Assembly (NCBI GenBank): GCA_051294905.1
Contig: CM119377.1
Span: 29,016,001 to 29,080,000, forward strand
Source: Botryllus schlosseri
Taxonomy: Eukaryota
DNA length: 64,000 nt
Direction of reading: 5' to 3'
Both the position numbers and the translations under genes were made by a program. Of the stretch, positions 12,344-23,794 are shown in pieces. The stretch's first letter is position 1. Every line of letters begins with the position of its first letter. Under the pieces are notes generated by a model. That model had not been told where the DNA came from, ran no database searches, and was given only the letters and a program-made list of their open reading frames with translations.

Positions 12344-13668
12344 CAGTGGCGTATCCAGGGGGGGTTTTAGGGGGTCGGAACCCCCCCCCCCCCTTTTCAA
12401 AATCCTAAAAATTCATGTTAAATATAGCCTCTAATATTTGCTAATTTATTAGTTCAACATATTCATTTTTACGTATGAGAAGGCGAATATGGCGTCTTAA
12501 TGTTATTTAAGGGGACTAAAACCCCTACAAAATATTGGAATTATTCGCCGAATTAGTCGAAAGGATAAAATAGGTCGTTATATTTCGCTAATTGCGTACG
12601 AATTCTGCGCTTGTTCAGCTACATTTCAGCTGTGGCAGATGCTGACGTTCACAACTTTCTTCCCTCGATTTCTCTCTCGCCTTGCTAAAACGAGAGACGC
12701 ATTTTAGGAAAATCTAATCTAATTGGCCGACGCGATACCGCCGATACGTAATTGCAAAGACAAAGTTGTCGGCAATGAACATCGCCCGCGAATTCGCTAC
12801 ACCTGCTCGCCTTGAAATCCTAATTAAGAATTGCACGGCGTGTTGATTGATCAGCGAGACGCAGACACGGCGGCACCGGTACGACAATGCTGTTCTCAAA
12901 TCCACATTGTCTTCGCGATTATCGGCGAGAATTGCCCTACGATTGACATTCACATTTCAAAATACAAGCCTAGCAATCCACGTTCTCGATTGTTAGGTGG
13001 CTTGCTGTCGTCCAAATACAGGCCTATGTTGCCGCTGAACGGGGGAATTGAGTAGGCCTATTAGTAAAGTTAACGTAGTGATATCGGCTGACAAGGTCCT
13101 CTGTCGCTCAAGTTATTATCCCAGTGTGTACTCTGTATTAATAGAGCGACTTGCGTGCCTGCAATTAAGGGCTAATTATCTTCGCGCGTACTGCACGCTC
13201 AACCGTGCGGCTAGTAAAGCCATCGAATGCACACGTTCGTGTGCAGCTGTACACTCCACACCTCTCTGTGGCGATCGCGATCGCCCTCGTGTATGCTACC
13301 GCACTATTCCGCGCTTGTTCGTCCGCTGCGATACTACCGGCTGTGCGCATAATATAGTCAAAACCTAACAAAATCGTGCATCTCTGGTCGGAACTAGGCG
13401 CTTGGAGACCGGCGGCGTTAGTCGGCTCATGACTAAATGTGAGCATTTACGAATTTCGTTCAATCATAACGTAAAAACACGAAATTTCAGGCATTGTCTG
13501 TATCGAATTCGTACATCTCCCACTCACCGCAAATCTCTTTTAATTATTGAACTATAATATATCGTAAATATTCGCCTTGGCGTGTAGACGAGTGATCGTA
13601 ATTATGACGTCATAATAGGTTATTTCACTCAAACCCCCCCCCTTTTTCGCGCTCTGGATACGCGCCTG
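12344..13668. mobile_element. Nested non-autonomous hAT element
   Basis: TIRs CAGTGGCGTATCCAG / CTGGATACGCGCCTG; perfect TSD GTATAATT at 12336-12343 and 13669-13676. Confidence 0.9.
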
Positions 13669-14559
13669 GTATAATTGCTCGCTCGTGAAGCGTAAAATAC
13701 CGGAAGTCAAGAATGTTGCATTTCGAAGCCAGAAACGCAGCATTTTGAGCTAGCTAGCAGTCGAAAATCAGCCTATGGAGCTTCGGAAAAGCGTCATTGT
13801 GGTGCTTCATGGACGTGCATTGTGTATTTCGTGGAACTAATTACACTGTATATCGTGCATATTGTTGATTTTCCACCATCGGTTTTGAAAACAGGTGTTT
13901 TTAATGTGTAGTGACCTACATATTCCGCGGGGACAAATAACTATGGTATCCTGTCCACTGAATCACTATAGTGGTTATATCGCGAATTGTTTCCCGTGGA
14001 ACAGGTTGGTCTAGAAGCAATCCGTGAGCGTATACAATACGAACCAAATACAACCGCTCAGCGCAAAACTGACTCACTGTATTAAGTATATCACGAATCA
14101 CAGATGTATACAATTAATGTGTTTATTAGGCACCTGTAATCAAGCTCTTTACAAAAACACGAACAATTTTATCATTCTCACATTTTTTATCACCAAAATA
14201 ATTTAGATACTGTTCAGTTGAAAAACCTTGAGATCTTTTAATTAAATATGAAATACAATGATCAGCGCACATATCAGATTTTTTACTTTGAAGCTGTTGC
14301 CTGGTAACGGTGAAGTCCTCTGGACCTAGAAACTCGACTATCTGAGGTTTTAGAGGTGGGATCATAACCATGTTAGCTTTAAACACGCTTCTACTATATA
14401 TGTGTAGATTTCGCGCCCCCTTATCGTCATATCACAAAACGCAACCAGCATGCTATAGCCAACCTAACGGATAGTTTGGTGGCATGGGAGGTTACGACTA
14501 TTGATGAGAGATTTGTAAATATGAAATTCATACTAAAATACAGAGCTATAATTATGAAT

Positions 14560-15124
14560 TGGAAGTAAATCGCGCAGAGCGCGAGAAAATTTTTCAGTTG
14601 AGCTCAGCGTCGCGATCCCCTTCAGATGCTTTCATTACCTCAAGGGGCACGGGTCCCCCAGGTTGAGACCCACTGCCTTAGAATTATTATGGTGAAATAT
14701 AGCCTACTAAGAATAAGTTTAATCAAGTCCCCGCATTAATTCGATTTTTAGTACGCATTTTATCAATATTTTAGTAAGTTTCTTCAGACTCTCGCGGGCC
14801 GCACAGTCTAGATATCCCTGAAAGAAGGTTTGGTTACTTCTTGTGACTTTAATTGTAACGGTATAATTTGCTACTTTGACTTTACTTTAAATCTGGATTA
14901 GGCAGGTGAGGTACGTATAGGCTGCGTAATCGCGGCATGTTAGCGAATGGGCTTGATAGTAAACGAATTTCAGCTTCAATTTATACATCCTATGGTTTTA
15001 GTCCATACACAGCAACATTAAAAAGTAGGTTTTATATTTTCAATTTCAAGCAACCTTTCGCGGGCCGTACAGAATAGCTCCGCTGGCCGAATTTGGCCCG
15101 CGGGTCGCACTTTGCTCAGGCCTG
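14560..15124. repeat. Two orphan hAT MITE right-end fragments
   Basis: CAGGTTGAGACCCACTG near 14660-14676 and GGCCCGCGGGTCGCACTTTGCTCAGGCCTG ending near 15124. Confidence 0.55.
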
Positions 15125-15839
15125 GTATAGGGTATCTTGGGTTTGGAGAGGTGAATAAGACTTTAGATTAGTTCATCATCTCCCATCCACTACTACCATA
15201 TGCATCGTAGTGCTCCGACAAGGCAAAAGTTCGTTTAATCCTGAAAGTCGTCATTTTGTGGCTATTTCCCTGAAAAATTGCGTTAAATAATCCCCAAAGG
15301 CAACACGCTTTCAATATCAAATACTGCCCCTCAATATCCCCTCTAATTTTTCACGAGTCTGCGCACACTCAACAACTCACTGGCGCGGTCCCTCGGAAAA
15401 CAGTGCGTAACGACAGAAAAAAAGGTCATCACTTCGGCTTTCTTGTGCGCGGGATACGTTTTTCTGTGCGCGGAGACTTCGTCAGCAGTGCGCGGCCGCG
15501 CACGCGCGCAGCTTAAAGGGAACATTGCTAGCAAACATCCAACATACTCTGCCGCACCTCTTCAAGCCAAAAGCTAAAAATGCCGCACCTCTTTAAGCCA
15601 AAAGCTAAAAATGCAAATACAAAGAGAATGCTAGAGGTAGACATGGAAGCCATCGCAGAACAAGAACAAAACGCCGCAACACAAGTAACGCCAACTCAAA
15701 ACCCTCCTTCAGACCACACTGAAGCTGAGGAAGAAATAGAAGAAACACAAAACAGCGAACCCACAGCAAATGAGGAACAGCTCACTAAAAAAAGCCCAGC
15801 GGCGCCCAAAAGCGACCTGGTAGTAGTAGTAGTAGTATT

Positions 15840-16205
15840 ATAGATCGGTCGTGACCTGCCTGGGGCTCTTATGGATGCGGCGGCATGGTGCCGTGAAACT
15901 CGTTGTGGCATGGTGACCCTTATAACTATAGGCTCCGGTCGCATGGTGCCATTGTGTCTTGTGGGTGCGGCGACATGGTTACCTTTTCGGGTATAGGATG
16001 CGGCGGTATGGTGACATGAAAATTCGTTGTGGCATGATGACCTTTTCAGCTATAGGCTGCGGTGGCATGGTGGCGTGAAAACCCGTGGTGGCATGGTTAC
16101 CTTTTCAGGGATAGGCGCGGTGACACGGTGACCTTTCGGGTATAGACTGTTGACGATTTGACTTGACCTTTCGGGTATAGACTGACTGTTGATGATTTGA
16201 CTAAC
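15840..16205. repeat. Degenerate minisatellite built from GGCATGGT / GACCTTT / ATAGG(C/A)TGCGG modules
   Basis: Recurrent motifs at irregular 25-60 bp spacing, preceded by a (GTA)5 run; similar sequence resumes after the 16217-17405 insertion. Confidence 0.65.
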
Positions 16206-16216
16206 GTTGTGGGTAT

Positions 16217-17405
16217 TAGAGATGTACGGATCATGGCTTTTTAGGATCCTGATCCAATCCTGTTTCATGATATCATAATCCTGATCCAATCCTGATCCTG
16301 TTGCAATCGCATATTTCATTATCCGAGTCCAAAAATAATCCTGTTGCTTCATGATCCATATTACTATATGAGTAGCGGCAAATATTATATTACCATATGC
16401 GATTTCTGGAAAAATATAAACATCAACAGAAACTGAAGCCAGGATGAACGTACAAAATAATAGTAGTTTACATACTGCAAAAAGATAGTTGATAAATGAA
16501 ATTGTATTCAACAACTGCAACATGGTCATCGTTAACATACAAACTGACAGAAAAAAAAAAGAAATGATGACACAATCAGCGTGACCTCACTTGAAAACAT
16601 ATTCACCATCACTTTTACCTACAACTAAAGCATCTAAGCTGTAAGCTGAGAGTAAGGATCTTTTTTTCTCAATAGTATTTCAACATATACTGCATGAACG
16701 CCCTTTACCCTCATAGATGCACTTGATACAGGAATACTAATATTGATTTTACCAACAGCCAACAGCAAGTATACTGAGATTTGGATACCTAGCAATTGTA
16801 TTAGGATTCATTTAAGCCGATGCCATCTCCAATATCTGAGTCACTCAAAGGACTCTTATTATAGTCTTCGAGCTCATCAGTTGAATTTTTTGACATGATA
16901 CTGGCAGCCAGCACAAATCATAGCCAGCATATTTCCCATCTCGCTTGCCTACCAAGTATAGGAACTGTCTCCAAGCATCACTTTTAGTCCTTGTGACGGT
17001 ATTTTCGTCAGCCTTAATAATGTCATTTTGAGCTATCAATTCTAAAATCTCTGACATTCTGAATTAGACAAGAACCACAAATGATATCAACCAACATCAA
17101 AATCTGACAAAAGAGCAGCTCAAGACGTTTCTGCCGCTGAAATTTCCTACGCGGAAAATATATATTATCAGACTTTTACTTGTAAGAAATATAATTTATA
17201 GACTACGAGAAGATAAGTTCTACCTTTTCTGAATCAAAACATGTTTGACAAGATTCTGATCATGTTTTCGTCAAAATAAAAATCCTGTCCTGATCCGGAT
17301 CCGGCAAAACAGTAAAATTTGAAATCCGGATCCAATCCTGTTGCCAAAAAATCACCCGGATTCCTGACCTGTTAGAATCCGAAATCCTGATCCTGTACAT
17401 CTCTA
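16217..17405 (-). mobile_element. Ac-type hAT deletion derivative
   Basis: TIRs TAGAGATGTAC / GTACATCTCTA; perfect TSD GTGGGTAT at 16209-16216 and 17406-17413; GGATC/GATCC subterminal repeats; BED-finger-like remnant RTKSDAWRQF at 16845-17057 (-). Confidence 0.9.
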
Positions 17406-18092
17406 GTGGGTATGGGCTGCGGTCATGATGTGATGTTGATTATGAAATAGTCACGTGATTGGTCCTAAGGTAATGTGTATATTCCAAATTAATATATATG
17501 ACCGATTCGAGTTAATCATAACGTTTACGGTGAATGCGACTTCAATATATCGTTATTTTTATGGCCGCGGCGAAACGGTAATGTAGCTGATATAGACGCG
17601 ACATGATAACGTTACAGGTATAGGGATCGCTCACATGGTTCTACAATCTACATGAAGACGTCATAGTTCAGTCGTGACAAATGACCGAACGTGTTCTAAC
17701 GTGTTCTAAGTCTTTTCGCGCGGTCTGTTGATTGCTACGTAACCTGAATAGTACGCCGAGATTCAGTTCGGAATATTCGCAATTTCCGTACCGCTGTTTC
17801 GCACCTACAGAATAGTCTGCTGTTCACAGTCGCAACAAGAATCACAAGTATACACATTTATACATTCATTGTATTTATTTCTCTGAAATCAAACTCTTCA
17901 CAAAAGCGCGCACAATTGTATCAATAACTTCGCTCACAAGGTAATATTTTGGTAATTAGTCTGTCACAGGCCGTCGTAGACGGCGATTCGTTTTCACACC
18001 TTAGAATAGAGATCGACTTTAGTTGTGCGACAAGAATCACGAGACTACTGTGCTAATTTACCAACTAGAAATGAAACGCACTACAGTGAATA

Positions 18093-18248
18093 GGGTCCAT
18101 CAAACCACTAGGTGTCGCCAAACTTGAGGTGGTAACCGCCGTTGTTACGTATGCCGCTGCCGTTATCAGAAACCTGTAGGTTACTTTCTCGATTGTGTAA
18201 GGGTATTTTATATGGAAATAATGACTACAACATATTCTACGTGGACCC
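18093..18248. mobile_element. Short MITE with GGGTCCA/TGGACCC ends, each flanked by TA
   Basis: TA|GGGTCCA...TGGACCC|TA; internal CCACTAGGTGTCGC; short TIR only. Confidence 0.45.
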
Positions 18249-18851
18249 TAGGCTCGCTATAAAATTAACTAAAACCTTGGAAAGCTTCTACGAAAGGAAA
18301 TAAGGCCGATTTGATAACTAGGTGAGAATGTGAAATTGTCAACTAAATGTCGGCTACCCGCAGCTCAGCACCAGAAGTTACGTCTTGAATGATGACTCAT
18401 ATGTATGAAAAAACTTCATTAAATTACAATTGCCACACCAGATTGCAAAATACTTAGTAACGGCTCCTCGACTCAAGGTTTAGTAGAGTAGATTCTTCTA
18501 CTTTTCATTCAGTGTGCATCCCTCTTTACATCGCCAAGGCGCATGTGGGTGTCTGATTTCGAGGACTACCGTTCTCTAAGTCGCTTCGACGCCTTGCCAT
18601 CTTTTTATTGTATTGCATTCTTATAGTGTTTTGAAATGATGGTGAAATTTTAAACAAAACTGACACCGAACTCCAAATCATCCATACTGCTTATCCTTCC
18701 ATGATCGTTGTATATTCTCAGATTCGGCGCATATAATAGAAACTGCAATTTCCAGTTTCAAACCACCGCTCAGTCAACATCTGCGAACTAAGAAACCGCT
18801 CAACCATTTGTATGGTCAAAGGATGGTTATCAAAGCCTTACAGAGACAGAC

Positions 18852-20100
18852 TTGTTACCAAAAATTACAACGAAACTCGTGGAAACTTATTTTATTATGA
18901 GATACGAAAGGGAAAGGATAGTTGGAGACGTAAAAGCTATTGAAAATGGAAAAGCCATGGTTTCTGCATTTAAGGTGAAGGCATGTTCAACATTGACCAT
19001 TGGGACAGATGTTTTTTCAGTGGCATTGTTGCTGCTGAAATGAAGAGACATGTCCTCTATAATGTTAAGGCCAGAATGGCACGAGATGGAGTCATTCTAA
19101 ATGTGGGATGTGAGTGTCCTAGATGAAAAGGACCTACAGGGTCCTGTAAGCATTTGGCAGCACTTTGCCTCATGGTTGCTGAGTACACGGAGCATGGTCG
19201 ACTCTTCATTGATGAGTCCCGCACTGAGAAACTTCAGACATTTCATCGGTCCCAGAAATTATACACAGGTATCAGAGCTTTTTCACGATCACGAACGTCC
19301 CAGAATCACTCTGAAACATGTTGGTATTGATTCGGTCTCTCAATCTGAAAAAGTAAAGGATAAATTCACAATGCAAACAGAAATAGTCAGACAATCTGAA
19401 CTCTCATGATAGCCACAATAGTCAGTTTTACTACAAAGCGTCTAAACATGCATATGGCAGTAAAAATTCTGGACAGGCAAATATTTATTATTTATGAACT
19501 TGACCATCTAAACTAAATACATAACTGATGAGGAAGCGCAACATATTCAAGAACCAACAGTACTGCAGACACAGAGAGAATGCAAAGAATGGCACCACGA
19601 CAGAGAGTGGAGAATTAGTGCATCACGATTTGGGGAGGTTGTAAAGTCAACAAACAGGAGAAATATTGAGTTACTGTGTGAGAATATTTTTGCCTCCAAA
19701 AGTTTATGCTCACCAGCTATTTTCATGGTAGAGCATGCGAACATACGGCAATTGAAGCTTTCACGACTGTAAACGGCATAGAGGCAGCCCAATGTGGACT
19801 CTTTATTAATCCCGAGTTTACATATCTTGGAGCAACTCCTGATTCGCAAATTTCACCCGACGGCCTGGTTGAAGTGACATGCCCATACAATGGTCGACAT
19901 AGCCATATCACAGCAGCTTCAATCAATTTACTCCCCTTTCTTGTGATCAAAAATCAGAAAAGTGAGCTGAAAAGAAACCACAATTATTATTACCAAATAA
20001 AGGCTAACTTGGATTAACAACTAGAAAATATTTTATTTTGCTGTTTACACTTTCAAAGATTTATTTACAGAAAATATTAAATTTGATAAACACTTCTTAG
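18852..20100 (+). pseudogene. SWIM zinc finger plus YqaJ/lambda-exonuclease-like protein of an ISL2EU-type (PIF/Harbinger-related) transposon, frameshifted
   Basis: Across frames: GCECPR*KGPTGSCKHLAALC (SWIM); ECKEWHHDREWRISASRFGEV; CGLFINPEFTYLGATPDS..DGLVEVTCPY...NHNYYYQI (YqaJ PD-(D/E)xK fold). Confidence 0.85.
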
Positions 20101-20327
20101 AGAAATATATACACTCCTATTATAATCATTGGAGGAAATTCTTTTCAAAAAAAGTTACTTTGTTAGGATTGGTTATATGTTATATTCTTTTGATGTTCAG
20201 TTCAATAAAACTATTGTTTTGTTTACCTGTTGTTTCTGGATTAGCGGAGCGAGGCAGCATTCAAGGCCTAAGATTTCTTTTTAGCAGTCTGGAGTGCAGT
20301 GTTTACACAAGTAGCGTCGCTTCATAC

Positions 20328-20840
20328 TCAGAGGTAAGAGAGTAATTTACATACACCTGCGAAAAAAATGTAACATAGGAAATTACCGGTATGCTGGGTG
20401 GAATCTTCTTGCACCTTGTAAGCTACATCACATTTACTTTTTTCGCTTGCGCAATCAAGAAAATTCCCTGTCTCGACCGTCTCTTGTCTAGCTATATTCT
20501 GGTGCTGACAGTCATCCTCCAAATCAACGGTTAAAATACTTCTCCAAGAAACCATTTTCTCTGTTCTAGCAGATGGTAGCTCAGATATCGGTGTGCTAAA
20601 TTGAAAAACGGACGGGACGGCAGTTTTTAACCTTCTGTAACGGCGCTTGCCGAGTGATCCAGTTGGCTGCACGTAATCTTCTTCCATAAATGACTACTAC
20701 AAACGCGGTCGCGATACAAGTCAGGTCTCCACATTTCTCCTAATCGCTACTCGCCACTTCAACTGTAAATCCATGTCAGTGGGAAACATGTGACCCTAGG
20801 ATGTATAATTACATCTGGGGGCACAGCAGTACTGCGGCAT
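20328..20840 (-). pseudogene. THAP zinc-finger N-terminus of the partner transposase; DDE domain not present
   Basis: MPQYCCAPRCNYTS*GHMFPTDMDLQLKWRVAIRR.../RVCSSHF/MEEDY...RRLKTAVPSVF covers the C2CH THAP signature with a stop and frameshifts. Confidence 0.85.
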
Positions 20841-20989
20841 ACCTCCGTTGAGAGCTTACAATCCTCATCAATCAAACTACAAAGACGACTCACGGTACTG
20901 ATCGGTTGTCAAAAGCTCCCAGTAAGTTCTCTAGTAGAAGGTAACAACTCAAGTCTAGCGCCACTAGCGGATATACTGATTTTGCTTGA

Positions 20990-22661
20990 CGGACCCTATT
21001 CATAATAATATAGACTCAATACAAAGATATTTTGGCGAAAAGAGCACCGAAGCCTATATCATGGCCATAGATGCAAAAAAAAGGCTTTTGATAAAGTCAA
21101 CCAAGAAATGTTACTATCTATCCTTGAGAGGCTCCCCCTCGCAAAATCGACCTTAAACGCCATCAAAAAGATCTATGATAGGCCGACCGCTGCCAAAGAG
21201 ATTAACGAACTCGAAATTGCAAAAATCAGTTGCACCAGGGGAATACGGCAGGGTTGCCCCCTGAGCATGTCTTTATGTGATTAGCGCGGATCCCCTGGCC
21301 AAACGAATCGCCGCCAATGATAAAATAAAAGGCCTGAAAATAGGCGCAGTCACCAAAAAGATAGATCAATTCGCGGATGATGTTACACTATACTTGGGGT
21401 CAATCCAAGCCGTCAGAGAAGCGCTGGGAGAATACAACACCCACTATCACGTGACTGGACTAGACATTAACCTGCAAAAAACTGAATTAATCCCCCTCAA
21501 TCAGAAATCTAAAATGGTGCTCGAAAATTCGATATATAAAAATATGAAGACAAAAACAACAAAGATACTGGGGATACAACATGGCGAAAACGACAAAGGA
21601 AAAAACTACGAGAAACTCATCAAAGAAGTAAAAGAAAGTGCGGGCCAAATCAAAGAAACTTACATGGATTGGAAAGATCAAGGCAATCCAAGCCTATATC
21701 ATGAGCAAAATAACCTATACCTACCTAAACATTCAGATCACCAGAGAGCAACTGAAGCAACTGGAAAGAGTCATCTACGGAATCCTATGGCACCCCGAGA
21801 AGTTGGAACAAAAATCGCGTATGACTCTCATAAAGCCCATCGAATATGGCGGCATTGCACTCCCCGATATCGAAACTACCATCGCAACGAGGAAGGTCAA
21901 AAGAATGCAAGAACTCGCGAAAATTGATACACCATCAGAAGCCTGGCATGCAGAGGCGATCTATAACCTGGGAACAAAGGTGAGAACAATAACCACCAAA
22001 TTATATAATAATTCATATGCCTACAGGCACAGGCCAACTGACAACTGGCTGGAAGAAAAGAACACTTATGAATCACTGAAACACCAGGACGAGACCCCTC
22101 CCAGAAGACCTGAGCCAGAAGGAGATATATAAACAACTGCTCAAAAAGAAAACGAACTATGGAGACCAGGAGGCACCAACATGGAAAACGATATGGTTAT
22201 ATGAAAATGACATAAAACAGCATATTAACAACAGACAAAGAGTCATTTCATATCGTATCAACACCGAAGCATATTTTTCAGGGGCGAGAAAGATAGACGC
22301 CGGCTGGACGACCCGCCAAGCAGAGCAACTGAAAAATGATTGCAAATTCTGCAAATACCGAATCGATAATATGCAGCATATCTTCGAGGAATGCCCCATA
22401 TACAAAAAGCTGTTTTAAATTATTAGATCCGATCTCGAAGACGAAATACGAGCCGACATCAACGCGACGCCTGGACAAATCATGAAAAACCAATACGGCG
22501 GGCCGTGTAGATCGATCGTACTCCCCACATTCATGCAAATGAAGATTTTAACGTGGGAGTGGAAGCGGACGCTAGACATCCATAACGAATATGCAGAAGA
22601 CGTCAACGATAACATCGACCGAATACGGCGAAAACTTCAACCCACGAGACGACGATCCTGA
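20990..22661 (+). pseudogene. LINE B: 5'-truncated L1/Tx1 ORF2 (RT and C-terminal CCHC)
   Basis: AIDAKKAFDKVN, RGIRQGCPLSM, QFADDVTLYL, GGIALPDI, CKFCKYRIDNMQHIFEEC; several frameshifts. Confidence 0.9.
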
Positions 22662-23794
22662 GACACAGGATGAACGACGAACAAAACGCGAACTCTCGTG
22701 ACTCACGCGGCGCGCGCGATATATATTGTACATATGCCATAAGCATATGCACCCTCGTATGATACTCGCGAACTATACATTTACGCGCAACAACAGACGT
22801 TTGACGATAACGTGAACACCAATAGAATAAAAGAAGACGCAGAAGAAACACGAAAGACCGATCGAAGATACGCGAGCGCGCGATAGTCTATGATGAATAC
22901 GCATATCTATATTTCACTACTCGTAATGTGTCTTTGAAAAAGCAGGCGAATCACGCTTAACGCCGCACACTAATGTAAAAGAATCCAATACATATCGCCA
23001 TATGTATACGCGATATGAAACTATATGTCACAAATAACGAAATGTATGTACTTCAAAACGTAATATTCAATATTTATGTATGACGTATCTGCTTGCAATT
23101 ACTTTATTTAATTCCTACTGTATCCATTCCTCACCTTCGCACGTCGATTTATATGTAAACACTTTTGATGCACTTCTTTCTGACGAATGTAAACACTTTT
23201 GATGCACTTCTTTCTGACGAATAAACAATGCCCACAACCCACCCAAATAAACCAACCCAACCCCCTAGACCCCACTACCCACCCCCCAAGCCCTCCCCAA
23301 ACCCGGCCAGACACGAAACCGGAGTTAGGAGAGTTACGTCCACAGTCGACCAGTCCCCATAAAGGTAAGAAATCCCAATATATATAGGCAAATTTTTTCG
23401 AATCCATAACAATAAGTATTCCAAAGAAACCCGAATATAGCAAGTGAAGTACTCGAAATAGAATATGAAAATATTCTACATATCCAATGAAAATCAATTC
23501 GGAACTGAAAATAAGTTGAATATAAAATTTTTCGAAGTTTTGGAAAACTCGGAACCACCCTAAACCCTAGAAAATGTAATGCAAATAGAATTGAACCTAT
23601 TGAAAGTATACTCACCGCAAAGTCTAGTAAACATCTCCGAAATAATACCAGACCGCATCCTGTTTGGAGTTTTTAAGATGATCGCCATCTTATCCTACCA
23701 AACCCCATACTTACCTAAGCAGTGCACTTATTTGAATATTCTTTACATGTGTTTATTATATTATTTTGGAAATAAAATAACTAAGAAGGAAATA

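Larger units (their letters stand above)
11981..15527. mobile_element. Composite hAT (Ac-type) unit, 3.5 kb, with a second internal left end at 15332
   Basis: TIRs CAATGTTCCC / GGGAACATTG; perfect TSD CTAGCAAA at 11973-11980 and 15528-15535; LINE ORF1 resumes after it. Confidence 0.88.
9108..15830 (+). pseudogene. LINE A: L1/Tx1-clade ORF1 only, split by an LTR element (9442-11670) and a hAT composite (11981-15527)
   Basis: Rejoined pieces read MAYANAIR...RPRS...VNIRAVPTE...|GRLDCGNIKEIKMIYHRATNIHNGYRQVWI...IPPFLYLG...CYRCLLPGHNAKDC..CIVCKQYGHRKNEC|...; two CCHC knuckles, similar to the other ORF1s in the window. Confidence 0.85.

Noticed and set aside
16050-16538. 162-aa minus-strand ORF
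   Set aside because: Spans a minisatellite and hAT subterminal repeats; no domain; chance open frame
19706-20017. YqaJ recombinase as evidence of phage or bacterial DNA
   Set aside because: Linked to SWIM and THAP domains in a eukaryotic transposon arrangement; no prokaryotic gene context
20789-20798. GTGACCC|TA as the right TIR of the ISL2EU-like element, pairing with 18093
   Set aside because: It lies inside the THAP coding sequence (GGT CAC = Gly-His), which starts further out at 20840
23707-23725. ATACTTACCT, identical to the U1 snRNA 5' end and a possible Tx1 target
   Set aside because: Similarity stops after 10 nt; better explained as a minus-strand splice-donor motif
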